From Candidatus Latescibacterota bacterium (lineage in GTDB: Bacteria; Krumholzibacteriota; Krumholzibacteriia; WVZY01): 64,000 bases of DNA. The notes beneath the pieces were generated by a model that was given only the letters and a program-made list of their open reading frames with translations, had not been told where the DNA came from and did not search any database. The translations under genes were made by a program, and so were the position numbers. The stretch lies in assembly GCA_963791045.1 (NCBI GenBank), contig CAWBQK010000011.1, positions 224,001 to 288,000 on the forward strand. Direction: 5' to 3'. Shown here in pieces: positions 42,550-52,869 of the stretch. Positions within the stretch are counted from its first letter, which is position 1. Each line of letters begins with the position of its first letter.

Positions 42550-44136
42550 CTAACGCCGCCGATTCGGCCGCGGTGAGGATGGTCCGGGGGGATCGATCGC
42601 CCATTCGCCCGCGGCGAGCCGAGAGAGAAGCGGTTGGATGATCCGGTAGGTGGCGCCCCAGAGTTTGTATTCGCCGATCCGGTAAAACGCGACTTTCCTT
42701 GGTTCGGGCCATTCGGGGAAGGTCCACATTTCTTCATCGTGATTGTCGGGGTTGAGGTCGGTGACGCTTATGTCGAGGATTTCTTCGATTTCTCTCTCAT
42801 CGCGCCGCCACGGGTTGGCGGGGCGAATCTTCCCAAGGAAGGGATGGATCTGGAAGCCGGTTGTCACGGTGTCGACGATTGGGAGTGTCGAGAGGATCTT
42901 GACCGCCGTGGGGTTGATTCCGATTTCTTCATACGCTTCGCGTAGCGCCGTGTCAAGCAGTGACGTATCCTCGTCGACGGGTTTGCCGCCGGGGAACGCG
43001 AGTTGTCCGCCGTGGACGCCCTCGTTGGATCTTCGGACGAGGATGATTCGAAGATCACCGTCCTCCGTCCGATAGACGGGTACGAGCACGGCTGAGTCCT
43101 GACGTGTCTTTTGCGTGAAGAGTTGTTCGACGCCGGAACGGATCACGGTCCACTGGAGATTCATCTGATCGACGACGGGCACCGGTCGCAGATCCGACGC
43201 CTCGATCTCGGATTCAACCGCGGTGGCGTCGCCATCGCGCAGTCGCGATTGCCAATCGATGATCTTCTCCCGCCAGCTGTCCGCCGCCGGATCGGTTGGG
43301 TCGATGGTCTCGCCGACACCGGGAAGAATAAACAACGGCACCTCGGTAACGATTGTCAACGGGTCTCCGCCGTACGAGCGGATTGTTTCCATCGAACTCG
43401 GACGAAACCTTCTTGCCGTGTCGGAGTCTCCGAGCTTGTTGAAATACGCGACCATCGCTTTTGAATCGGGTCTCGTGCAAAAACCCCTCTCGATTCGCTC
43501 AAATCCCTTTTCGCCGTTACGCTGAACGTCGTGGAGCGCGTATCCCATTCTCCGTACGGCCGCGCCGCAGTTGTTTCTTATGGCTTCGCAGCGCATCGCC
43601 CAGGCGGAATCGATTAGAAACCACGGGCCGCCGCCAAACGCCATCCCGTGGAGCGACACGTGAAGGTCAAAGGGTGCTTCCGCGGTCTGCCACCATTCGA
43701 AGATGGCGCGGTTTTCGGGCCGTGCGCCGTCATCGTTTTGAGCGCGTGGAAACGCGAATTCGATATCGTCGCCAGGAAGCTCCCGGACGACATGACGAAG
43801 GTAGGCGGCGAGATCGTATCGATCCGGATCTCCGTCGAACCATGCGCGGTTCCGTTCCGCCCCATCGGGGTTTGCGTTCGGGACGATCCACCACTCGAAT
43901 TCAGAAAGGACAGAAGAGGAGGGAGAAGCCTGCGAGAGATACCTGACGAGGTTGTCGAGCAGACGCGGGCCGACGGGTTCATCCGCATGGCAACCGGCGA
44001 TGAGACTGACTCTGGTCAGCCCGGAGCCAAACCGGTAGCCCGTTACGGATCGACCGTCGCGTGAGCGCCCAAGATCAATCGCGTTGGAAAGTTTTGTTCT
44101 CTCCCCGGCGAGCAACTCTTCAAAAGATGGCAGCAT
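42550..44136 (-). CDS. M14-like zinc carboxypeptidase fused to a CoA-pyrophosphatase Nudix domain
   Basis: HADE, NPDG, SLH; GQLAFPGG..ALREAYEEIG, LWGAT. Confidence 0.82.
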   Translation of the reverse strand: MLPSFEELLAGERTKLSNAIDLGRSRDGRSVTGYRFGSGLTRVSLIAGCHADEPVGPRLLDNLVRYLSQASPSSSVLSEFEWWIVPNANPDGAERNRAWFDGDPDRYDLAAYLRHVVRELPGDDIEFAFPRAQNDDGARPENRAIFEWWQTAEAPFDLHVSLHGMAFGGGPWFLIDSAWAMRCEAIRNNCGAAVRRMGYALHDVQRNGEKGFERIERGFCTRPDSKAMVAYFNKLGDSDTARRFRPSSMETIRSYGGDPLTIVTEVPLFILPGVGETIDPTDPAADSWREKIIDWQSRLRDGDATAVESEIEASDLRPVPVVDQMNLQWTVIRSGVEQLFTQKTRQDSAVLVPVYRTEDGDLRIILVRRSNEGVHGGQLAFPGGKPVDEDTSLLDTALREAYEEIGINPTAVKILSTLPIVDTVTTGFQIHPFLGKIRPANPWRRDEREIEEILDISVTDLNPDNHDEEMWTFPEWPEPRKVAFYRIGEYKLWGATYRIIQPLLSRLAAGEWAIDPPGPSSPRPNRRR

Positions 44137-44188
44137 TTTTCCTGTGTTGTCTGTGCTCGAGCGAGGGGATGAGGGACTAATTGTCTGG

Positions 44189-44683
44189 TCACTCTTCTGA
44201 AATCGTCACGAAGAACGTCAGATTAACCTCGCTCTCGAGGTGGCCGCTAAATATTCCTTTTTTGGAATCCCAGTCCTGGATCTTCAGTGTGCCGTTGAGA
44301 GCGGTTTCAACTGTGGTCGCCGGACCGAGTGCGCCGCCTTCGTCGGTTATTGCCGTTGTCGCGGACACAAATCCGGGGCAATCTCCCGATAGGCCGGAGA
44401 GAACGATCCGATCTTCAAACGCACATTCATCACCACACATCCCCCGCCGCGTAAGCACAAGCCTGTCTTCTTCGACAGCGGCGATCCAGGCCTGCTGGAT
44501 ATCGTTCCAGTCTACCACAAAACCGGACCGTTCCGTAAGCTTAAGATCTACATCGCATTTGACGTCGATCTGGGGGCTCTCTTCACTTTTCGATCCGGCG
44601 ATGTTGCAGCCGACGATACAAAACGCCAAAGAAAGCAAAGCCGTACAACTCGAAAGCAAAATACATCGTGAGATTCTTCTCAT
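44189..44683 (-). CDS. hypothetical lipoprotein
   Basis: signal peptide with lipobox IVGC. Confidence 0.6.
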   Translation of the reverse strand: MRRISRCILLSSCTALLSLAFCIVGCNIAGSKSEESPQIDVKCDVDLKLTERSGFVVDWNDIQQAWIAAVEEDRLVLTRRGMCGDECAFEDRIVLSGLSGDCPGFVSATTAITDEGGALGPATTVETALNGTLKIQDWDSKKGIFSGHLESEVNLTFFVTISEE

Positions 44684-45189
44684 TAACTTCTCCAATTTCG
44701 GTCAAGGCCTCTGCGTCAAAAAATTCTTTGAACGTAATGAGTATGTTATACCTGGTTCAATATTAACAACGCATGGTGTCGGGCCACAAATATTCTACAA
44801 CATAAAAATTTGGTTATCCAAGCATACTTCTAACAATCAGAGGTTCACAATAGTGAAAACACTACGACAAAGTAATTCGTCGTTGTGTTTGTGAAATGTT
44901 TCTCCATGGAGTGTGAGTTTGTTGCATTAGAATGCGGTTAATCACGTGTTTTGTGTTGACACTCGCAAAATATAAAGTGTAGCCTCCCTCCACCATATCA
45001 ATGGTGCAGCTCTTGACCGATCAAAAATATTTCATTGCTTTGCCGAACTCCGGGTTTTGAGGGGATGGGCAACGTTGTCTCTGCGAAACCTTTTGTGGAA
45101 TGTTTTGGCAGCGCGTTATTTTATTTTTGTCGGTTGTATCGCCCAACACTCATCGTCAACCCCCACCCTCTTTGTAAGGAGGAAAGCGC

Positions 45190-47745
45190 ATGCGCTTGAG
45201 ATTCAAAATTGGACTCATTGCACTCGTAGCTTTCATCGTATTCCTGGCGCCCGCGTGGTTTACACCACAGAACGCGGTGTCGGAAGTTCCGTTTCTTGAC
45301 TGTGGATCGGCCGTAACACCCGAAGAAGCGGCGGCGTTCAAGGCTCGATGGGCCAATGAACCCCCGATGCTGGCTCCCCCAGTGGTCCCGGCATCGATGT
45401 GCGTGCCGATTGCCGCGCATATCGTTCGTACGGACGAAGGAACCGGCGGTCTCCCGATGTCGCAGCTGGACCAGGCGATGCTCGATGCCAACGCCTATTA
45501 TGCGAACACGGGAATTTCGTACTATGTTTTGAGCGTCGATTACATTGACGACGATGATTACTACTACAACATCAACACCAATGCGGAAATCGCCGCGCTC
45601 AAAGGCGAAAATGTTGTCGCCGACGCGATCAACATCTATTTCACGCCGAACCTGAGCAACGAAAATGGTGGGCTCTGCGGCATTTCTTCGTTCACAACGA
45701 ACCCGGTTCAGGGAATCGCGATGGCGAATGGTTGCACCGGTGTCTCCTCCAATCCGTCGAGTTTTCCACACGAGATAGGCCACTACTTCGATCTCTACCA
45801 CACACACGAGACGGCGTTTGGAGACGAACTCGTCGACGGTTCAAATTGTGGGACCACAGGCGACCTTCTCTGCGACACACCAGCCGATCCGACGCTGAGG
45901 ACTTCCGGTGGAAGTCAGAACATTGGCGCCGACTGCGTCTACTACGGTACGGAGACAGATGGTAACGGGGACTCTTACACACCCGACACGAGTCAACTCA
46001 TGTCCTATGCGCCGAAGGCTTGCCGTACGACGATCAGCCCTCAGGGCGAGGCCCGTGCGCTCAGCACGCTTCTCGTTCTCCGTCCGAATCTGCTCACCCG
46101 CGGGTGTCCTCCGGAAGCGGACGCCGGCCAGGACAAGACGGTTGAATGTGCCTCTCCGACGACGACCGATGTGACGCTCGACGGCACTGGTTCGAGCGAT
46201 CCCGAGGGCGTTTCGCTTAGCTTTGTTTGGGTGGCTACCGGCGTGACTTTTGATGACGCGACGTCGGCCACGCCGACCGGCGGTTTCTCTTTTGGACAGA
46301 CCATGGTAGTTCTCACCGTCTCGGACGGCGCATTGACGGACAGCGACACGATGTATGTCGATGTCGTCGACACCACGGCCCCGTCGATCACTTGCGCGCC
46401 CGCCGACACGGTTGAGTGTGTCGGTTTCTGCGGTGTGCCAAAGGATGACGCGCAACTCACCGCTTTCTTTGCCGGCGTGTCGGCGAGCGACGTGTGTTGC
46501 GGAGGCGACGTGACGATTACCAACGACGCCCCGGATTGTTTCCCCATGGGGACCACTGACGTGATATTTACGGCAACGGACTGCAATGGGAACGCGGCGG
46601 CGTGCACGACATCGGTAACCGTCGAAGACACAACGCCGCCGGAAATCACGGTGACACTCGACCGCGATCGCCTCTGGCCACCCAACCACAAAATGGCCGA
46701 CATCGGAGCCACGGTGGTTGCTACGGATATCTGCTGTGAATTCCCAACATTCGTGCTCACTTCGATAACAAGTAACGAGCCGGACAACGGTAAGGGCGAC
46801 GGCAACACCGTCGATGACATCCAGGCCGCGAATTTCGGCGCCGACGACACCTCGTTCCAGCTTCGTTCGGAGCGGAGCGGCAAGGGTGACGGCCGTATCT
46901 ACTCGATCGTTTATACGGCGAGTGACTGCGTCGGAAACACGGCCAGCGATACCGTCGAAGTTCATGTCCCGCACGATCAGTCGGGCTTTGCGTGCGCTTC
47001 GTCAGGATTTGAAACCACGGGCCTCGGGTTCGACCCGGCGCTTGACAAGTTCGTACTTATAGTTCCGTCACGGCAGCAGAGCGACGACGGTGTCCAGGCG
47101 TTCGACGCGACGACCCTCGATGTGTCCAGGATGTACGTTGGAAACGTCAAGGGCGTCACGACTCCCATCGAACACAAGCTCATTGACAACAATGTCGATG
47201 GTATGATGGACCTCGCCGTGTATTACTCGGCCCAGGCCGTCAATTTGATTCTCGATGATTCGACACCGACGACAGACGGTTCGGTTGCCATCGACGAGAA
47301 CTATGGCGCGATTGGTCTTCACTATGTCGGCGCCGACGGCACCGATTACCTTGTGCCGAATATCTTCGAGTTGGGTGAGCCGGTGCCGCTGGTGCCGACA
47401 GTTACACTGGGCCGCACGGGTGGTCTCGGTGGCGGCACGCCGGGTGACCGCGATGCGGACACCCCAACGGTGACGGCGCTGGGTGAAGCCTACCCGAACC
47501 CGTTCAACCCGACGACGACCGTTCCGTTCACCCTGTTGACTTCGGAGACCGTAACGCTCCGAATCTATGACGCCACGGGCAAGCTCGTTCGCACGCTCAA
47601 GAATGAAAGCATGCCGGCGGGTGTCCACCAGGCCGTATGGGATGGACGCGACGATGTTGGAAGCCAGGCAGCCACGGGTGTGTACTTTGTGCGCCTTGTT
47701 GCCGGCAGCCAGCAGATGACCAAAAAGGTCGTGATGCTCAAGTAG
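45190..47745 (+). CDS. secreted M43 metalloprotease with PKD/HYR-like repeats and FlgD-Ig/T9SS-type domain
   Basis: HEIGHYFDLYH, CDTPADP, LMSY; LWPPNHK; AYPNPFNP..KKVVMLK. Confidence 0.92.
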   Translation: MRLRFKIGLIALVAFIVFLAPAWFTPQNAVSEVPFLDCGSAVTPEEAAAFKARWANEPPMLAPPVVPASMCVPIAAHIVRTDEGTGGLPMSQLDQAMLDANAYYANTGISYYVLSVDYIDDDDYYYNINTNAEIAALKGENVVADAINIYFTPNLSNENGGLCGISSFTTNPVQGIAMANGCTGVSSNPSSFPHEIGHYFDLYHTHETAFGDELVDGSNCGTTGDLLCDTPADPTLRTSGGSQNIGADCVYYGTETDGNGDSYTPDTSQLMSYAPKACRTTISPQGEARALSTLLVLRPNLLTRGCPPEADAGQDKTVECASPTTTDVTLDGTGSSDPEGVSLSFVWVATGVTFDDATSATPTGGFSFGQTMVVLTVSDGALTDSDTMYVDVVDTTAPSITCAPADTVECVGFCGVPKDDAQLTAFFAGVSASDVCCGGDVTITNDAPDCFPMGTTDVIFTATDCNGNAAACTTSVTVEDTTPPEITVTLDRDRLWPPNHKMADIGATVVATDICCEFPTFVLTSITSNEPDNGKGDGNTVDDIQAANFGADDTSFQLRSERSGKGDGRIYSIVYTASDCVGNTASDTVEVHVPHDQSGFACASSGFETTGLGFDPALDKFVLIVPSRQQSDDGVQAFDATTLDVSRMYVGNVKGVTTPIEHKLIDNNVDGMMDLAVYYSAQAVNLILDDSTPTTDGSVAIDENYGAIGLHYVGADGTDYLVPNIFELGEPVPLVPTVTLGRTGGLGGGTPGDRDADTPTVTALGEAYPNPFNPTTTVPFTLLTSETVTLRIYDATGKLVRTLKNESMPAGVHQAVWDGRDDVGSQAATGVYFVRLVAGSQQMTKKVVMLK

Positions 47746-47773
47746 CGATCGGATCTTATTGCTTCGATAGCTG

Positions 47774-47807
47774 AAAAGGGAGCGGGCGAAGAGCCCGCTC
47801 CCTTTTT
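47774..47807. terminator. bidirectional terminator
   Basis: AAAAGGGAGCGGGC-GAAGA-GCCCGCTCCCTTTT. Confidence 0.85.
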
Positions 47808-47841
47808 GTTGGCCCAGTGCGATGGAACGCACAAATGAATG

Positions 47842-48837
47842 CTAGAGCGATTCGAGTATTGTTTCAGCCAGCATGTGCCCGCTCATAAAAGCGTCCTCAA
47901 CACGATCGCCGAGGCACCAGTCCCCGCAGACACCGATTCCAAGAGCAGGATCGTAGAGATTCTCCTCCCCCAGCGCTTTTTTGGTTTTGGCAAACCGCCA
48001 ACGATGAATGGCCAGGAATTCAGGTGTCACCTGCGGCAAACCGATCGCCTCGAAGAAAGCGGTAGCGAGCTCTCCGCCCACAGTCTTGGCATCGGTTTCG
48101 ATGTGGGCCTCGGACCATTCGGGAGATCCGTGAATCACCCATGTTTCTTTGTCAGGGCGGCCTGGTTTTGATCGATTTCGCGCGACCCATGAAATCGGTG
48201 ATTCGAAGGCGAACGCGGCGTCCCAGTCAACATCGATGCGATCATTGAATGCGATCATCACCGTCCAACAGGGGAGCATCTCGGCCTTTGCGACCCGGTG
48301 TGAAAGACTGCTAGCACCTGGGAGCAAATCGAGTGTTTGTTCCGGAGGCGCCGTAATGATAATGCGATCAAAACGTCCAGGTTCACGCTGCGTCTCCGAA
48401 AAGACAATCCAGGCTCCGTCCGTCCGTTTGATCCTGGACACCCGTGTGTCAAAAGTGACGGGCACAGAATTCGATAGTTCGCGGCACAACGCGTTCATTT
48501 TCGGCACCGGCACAAGCCTCTCCACTTCGACGAAATCGGATCGAACCACGCCGCTGGTTATATTGACAATCCGGCCTCGCCAAACGTCAACCATCCCCAA
48601 GGAGCGCCACCGGTTGACCGTGTCACGAAACGTCTCGCCGCGGACGGTGAAGTACTGCGCTCCATGGTCAAATTCATAACCGTCCTGCCGCCGGGTGGAC
48701 ATTCGCCCTCCTGGCCCCCGGGCCTTGTCAAAAACGTGAACCCTGCAACCGGCGTCTGAGAGATGACGTGCCGCAGTGAGTCCCGAGAGTCCTGCGCCGA
48801 TGACGGCGATCGCAGAGTCAAAGGATTTTTGGACCAT
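47842..48837 (-). CDS. renalase-like FAD-dependent oxidoreductase
   Basis: GAGLSG, GGRMSTRR, FDHGAQYF, CGDWC. Confidence 0.92.
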   Translation of the reverse strand: MVQKSFDSAIAVIGAGLSGLTAARHLSDAGCRVHVFDKARGPGGRMSTRRQDGYEFDHGAQYFTVRGETFRDTVNRWRSLGMVDVWRGRIVNITSGVVRSDFVEVERLVPVPKMNALCRELSNSVPVTFDTRVSRIKRTDGAWIVFSETQREPGRFDRIIITAPPEQTLDLLPGASSLSHRVAKAEMLPCWTVMIAFNDRIDVDWDAAFAFESPISWVARNRSKPGRPDKETWVIHGSPEWSEAHIETDAKTVGGELATAFFEAIGLPQVTPEFLAIHRWRFAKTKKALGEENLYDPALGIGVCGDWCLGDRVEDAFMSGHMLAETILESL

Positions 48838-48906
48838 CGAATTAGTTTCCGTTCTTTCCTGTGAGTCAAAAAGTTTTTTTGAATAGGTTCCGCGTGTTGC
48901 GGGGGA

Positions 48907-51201
48907 TCACGATCCCTCAATGATTCCGGTCTCGAGATCGAATTCGGGTGGACCAATTGTCACGATTCCGAGATGCCCGTCGACCGTTACGATTTCACCG
49001 TTGGTGATTGCGAGAATATTGTCGCTCACGCCGTTGACGCACGGAATCCCAAGTTCTCTTGCGATAATCGCGCCGTGAATGAGCATTCCCCCTCGACGTT
49101 CGACGATAGCGGCCGCCAACGGAACAACGTGTGACATCGTTGGCTGTATTGCATCGCATACCAGAATCTCTCCGGCGTGGAACGCTTTGAGATCTCCGGG
49201 GCCGAGAACGCGGCGAGCCTTTGCGGTGGCGAGCCCGGGCGCCGCCGGCTGTCCCACGATCTGGCGGGGTTTCTCTCCCTTTTTTGCGGTACGCGACTGA
49301 GCAGCAGTTTTGCCCGGTTCTTCAAGAACGATCGTGCCGCCACTATCGTCTCGAAGCGCCGCGCTCAATGCCGGCGATGATTCTAAGGTTATTGTCGCCC
49401 CGTGCGCGAGACGGCCAGATTTCTTGAGCCTTTTGGCTGCGGTGCCTGCCGCACGCAGGAGTTGTTTTTCGACACGGCCAAGAAGAACGTTATCGTCATC
49501 GCGCAGTTTCCAACTCAACCGCGCGATCTCGATGACCGATTTGGCTTCTTCGTGGCGAGACGGCCCGACAGCGTCAAGCAGACGTTTTTCGAGCTCACCT
49601 GCGCTGCCCGCGTTATGCGGCACGCCGGTGCCGGTTGCGGCTTCCGTTTGGGTCAACTCGACCACGGTATGAAGTACAATATCCGGTCTGGTGTCGAGGG
49701 CCTCTCCACCATAAACGACGCCCATAAATTGATTGCAGAATCGATCGAATTCGTCACCGAACTCCAGGCCACCTTCGAGACCACTTAGTGTTTTTCGAAA
49801 CGATGCCCAGGTTTCCGGTGTAAGTGACTCGGCTGATTCCGCTGCGCGTTCAAGTTTTTCGAAGAGTGCTGGATGTTTTGTCAGAATCATCGCGAGTTTG
49901 TTCAGGGCCGCGTTTCGCTCCGCCGCAATCATTGGTTGGTTTCGCAAGATGCCGATAAACTCATACGAGTCGCTGGGCTTGACGACGTCATTGTAATACT
50001 GCCCCAACTGCCGGACACCGTGGGCAAAGGGAATGAACTCGTCCCAATAAATCTTTTTCCAACGCGCGTGTGTTTCGAAACGGGAATCGATGGCATCGGC
50101 GAGCGCTTCGTCATCGAAGTCTTCGATCGGATCTTTAGCGAGCCGCAGCCCCTCGGCTTCGAGCGCAGGAATCAACTCCTCCGTTACCCGCGCACAAAGC
50201 GCTTTGAGCTTTGACTTGCCCGGACGGAGCGACAGATACCATTCGCGCTGATCATCCTTGTCCTGGGGATGCGAGGCCGTTACCGGGCGTGCCTGGAGCA
50301 CGGTGAAATCGTTCCTTCTTCCGGTCCATTCGATGTCAGGGGGCCAACCGAATTGCTTTTCGATGTCTCGGAGCGTTTGGTGAACCAGAGAGACATCCCC
50401 ATTATCGAGAATCGGAGCGGCGTTGGTGTCGCCGCGTTCGCCCCGTCGGTACTCGATGATCTCGCCGTCGGACCGGCGCACAAACCATCGGTCGGGATCG
50501 ACGGCGCCGTCGACCAGGTCCTGGCACAGCCCAGGAACCGCTTCGATAATTTGTTTATCCTCTCCCGGATTTCTGGGGTCTCTCCCAAAACCCACTCCGG
50601 ATCTGTCTGTGGTCACGAGTGTTTGCACGACGACGGCCATGGCGCTTTCCCCTGCGTCGAGCTCGATCTCCCGACGGTAGAGAAGCGCTGCGTCAGACCA
50701 CAACGACGCCCATACAATTCGAACGGCATCGAGCAGGGCTTCGTCACCCATTACACCAACGACGGATTCATGAAGTCCCGCATACGATTTTGTCTCAGAG
50801 TCCTCTCCAATGGCGGACGAACGAACGGCGAGCGAGACACGAGGTCCGCTGCCAGGAGAGATTTCAGCGAGTTCCCGGTACGATTTCAGGATCATTCGCG
50901 ACACATCTTCGGGAATACCACTTCGCAAAAAAGCTGTTCTGATTCTGAGCGCGGCATCCCATATTTCTTCCCACCGCATGTTCGACATTGATTTGCGCCG
51001 GATCTCCATTTCGATCACTTTTTTGAGTTTTCCATGCTCGAGAAACCGGCGATAGGCTTCTGTCGAAATACAGAAACCATCAGGGACTTTGTAACCCGCA
51101 TCGATGAGTTTGGAGAGTTTAGCCGCTTTGCCGCCGATCCATTGTTCGCTGGTTGACGCGGCTTCCGCAAGAGGAATTACCCATGGGATGGGGGCACCCA
51201 T
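48907..51201 (-). CDS. PEP-utilizing enzyme (ATP-grasp + His swivel domain; rifampin phosphotransferase-like architecture)
   Basis: GGKA, AVRSSA..ED, DIEW, LQARP, GGMLIHGAIIARELGIP. Confidence 0.88.
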   Translation of the reverse strand: MGAPIPWVIPLAEAASTSEQWIGGKAAKLSKLIDAGYKVPDGFCISTEAYRRFLEHGKLKKVIEMEIRRKSMSNMRWEEIWDAALRIRTAFLRSGIPEDVSRMILKSYRELAEISPGSGPRVSLAVRSSAIGEDSETKSYAGLHESVVGVMGDEALLDAVRIVWASLWSDAALLYRREIELDAGESAMAVVVQTLVTTDRSGVGFGRDPRNPGEDKQIIEAVPGLCQDLVDGAVDPDRWFVRRSDGEIIEYRRGERGDTNAAPILDNGDVSLVHQTLRDIEKQFGWPPDIEWTGRRNDFTVLQARPVTASHPQDKDDQREWYLSLRPGKSKLKALCARVTEELIPALEAEGLRLAKDPIEDFDDEALADAIDSRFETHARWKKIYWDEFIPFAHGVRQLGQYYNDVVKPSDSYEFIGILRNQPMIAAERNAALNKLAMILTKHPALFEKLERAAESAESLTPETWASFRKTLSGLEGGLEFGDEFDRFCNQFMGVVYGGEALDTRPDIVLHTVVELTQTEAATGTGVPHNAGSAGELEKRLLDAVGPSRHEEAKSVIEIARLSWKLRDDDNVLLGRVEKQLLRAAGTAAKRLKKSGRLAHGATITLESSPALSAALRDDSGGTIVLEEPGKTAAQSRTAKKGEKPRQIVGQPAAPGLATAKARRVLGPGDLKAFHAGEILVCDAIQPTMSHVVPLAAAIVERRGGMLIHGAIIARELGIPCVNGVSDNILAITNGEIVTVDGHLGIVTIGPPEFDLETGIIEGS

Positions 51202-51695
51202 TGGCCTACCTCCTGAAATCGGGTCACGTGAAAGAATCGGAATACGTCGATTCGAAAAAGCGCGCACGACGACACCGTGACGAATGAACCGAGTTGGGGA
51301 TGACGATTTGTAAGTAGCCGAGCGTATTCTTCAAAAAGGGGTCCGCGGTCGACATTGGTCACCTTGCCCGTTGCCGTCACGGCCTCAACCTTCATCATGT
51401 CGTTGGGGTATAAAGGACGGTTATCCACGACAAGGGCCACGTGATCGCACTCGGTCAAAAGACGATATTTGCGTGTGGCGACCGGAGTGGTAAAAACAGC
51501 GTATGAAAGGTCCTCGGAGAATGCGAAAGCCACCATTGACCCATACGGTTGGCCGTGACCCTGAGTGCACAAGACGCCGTAAAGCTGATCCTTCACCAGC
51601 CGTTGGATTTTTGGGCCAAGCCCGGACTCGTTCTCGTCTGGATCCAGCTCATGCGGAGGTCTCCGCGGGAAAAGGGGTTCGTCTGCGATGGGCAT
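51177..51695 (-). CDS. pyridoxamine 5'-phosphate oxidase-like split-barrel protein
   Basis: GVLCTQ..GQPYGSMVAFA, TRKY, VALVVDNR. Confidence 0.85.
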   Translation of the reverse strand: MPIADEPLFPRRPPHELDPDENESGLGPKIQRLVKDQLYGVLCTQGHGQPYGSMVAFAFSEDLSYAVFTTPVATRKYRLLTECDHVALVVDNRPLYPNDMMKVEAVTATGKVTNVDRGPLFEEYARLLTNRHPQLGSFVTVSSCALFRIDVFRFFHVTRFQEVGQWVPPSHG

Positions 51696-51741
51696 ACAAG
51701 AACCTCGCCTGTGTTATAGGCCGAAATCTGATCCGTGACTC

Positions 51742-52566
51742 TCAGGCCACAAAAGAATAGGCAACCAGGCAGACGAACACTAAGGGGAAAAACCAGCGAC
51801 AAACGTCGTCCATTTTCTGCGCGAGAACGGGCTTGTTGCCTGCCGCCAATCGGCTCGTCACAATGGCCTGGAGGAGGGCAAAAAACACCATAATGGTGGC
51901 CCCGGTAATAAATATGTCCATACGGGTGAAATACGAAATTTTTGGAACCAGGTTCCCCAGTGCAAAGCGATAGGCGATCAAGGTGAGCATCGACGCCGTA
52001 GCGGCCCCGATTTGCGGCCCGAAAGCGCTCGGATCGATCCAGAAAACCGTCCACGACATGAACACAATCAGGGCAAGGGGAACGATCACCTTCCACAAAT
52101 AGAACGCAAAATACCTGGTCACGGCGATCTCATAAACGGCCGACGGGAGCTCCCGATCGACTATTTTATAAGTGCTGTTGTAGGCGTTCCCCTCACCGAC
52201 CTCCCAGTCGGCGACTGTGAGCGTGGAAGCTTTGCCGGTGCTTGACTGATCGATTTCTAATTCTACGGGTTCTCGGCTCCCCGCAACCAACTCGATTTTG
52301 ACAATTTGTTGGTCGAGCGGAAAATCGGTAAGGTTCATGCGAGAAGACAAAGAACCGACATATCTGGTTCGTTGCTCTGCCTTGCCGTCCGGTCTCACCG
52401 CTACCCAATCACCGGTGATTTCCCTCATCCCCTTGTTGCCGACCACCTGCAACCTGGGAGTCCAGAGCTTCTTGCTGTCCATATTGAGTGTTTCGCCGGA
52501 CTCGGCAGCCATTGATTTGTCTGTCCAGGCCGAGCGGACGACTAAGTCGATCACCACCTTTTGCAT
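51742..52566 (-). pseudogene. prokaryotic pentameric ligand-gated ion channel (GLIC/ELIC-like), 5'-truncated
   Basis: LWTP.L, DFPLDQQ Pro-loop and four C-terminal TMs; signal peptide and first strands are missing. Confidence 0.8.
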
Positions 52567-52713
52567 ATCGGTTGCCTCTTCCAGTGGTTCTTCAAAAACA
52601 GTGTAGTCCCAGGCGCAATAATATTACTTTCCCTGGCTCCCAAAGGTCAACGGGTTCGCGAACTTTTCCCCGTAAATGGAAGGGTCTTAGTGGGAGTCAG
52701 GAGGCAACTGACA
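52566..52713. mobile_element. ~148-bp MITE/IS-remnant-like element with terminal inverted repeats
   Basis: TATCGGTTGCCTC versus reverse-complement TGTCAGTTGCCTC (11/13); sits at the junction of two truncated genes. Confidence 0.55.
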
Positions 52714-52869
52714 AACAGGTTTCATTTCAATTTTACCGGGTGTGACAACACGGAAATCCAGCCATGGCGGCGTGATCTTTTGAAGATTGCCCGCGTCTGC
52801 AAAAAAGGGGAAGACTTCTTCAACTGGTCGCGGTAGCCATATCTCGGTGTTCAAGGTGTGGGTCTTCAT
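52714..52869 (-). pseudogene. SRPBCC-family protein, N-terminal fragment
   Basis: PVEEVFPFFADAGNLQKITPPWL; similarity ends at the element. Confidence 0.75.
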
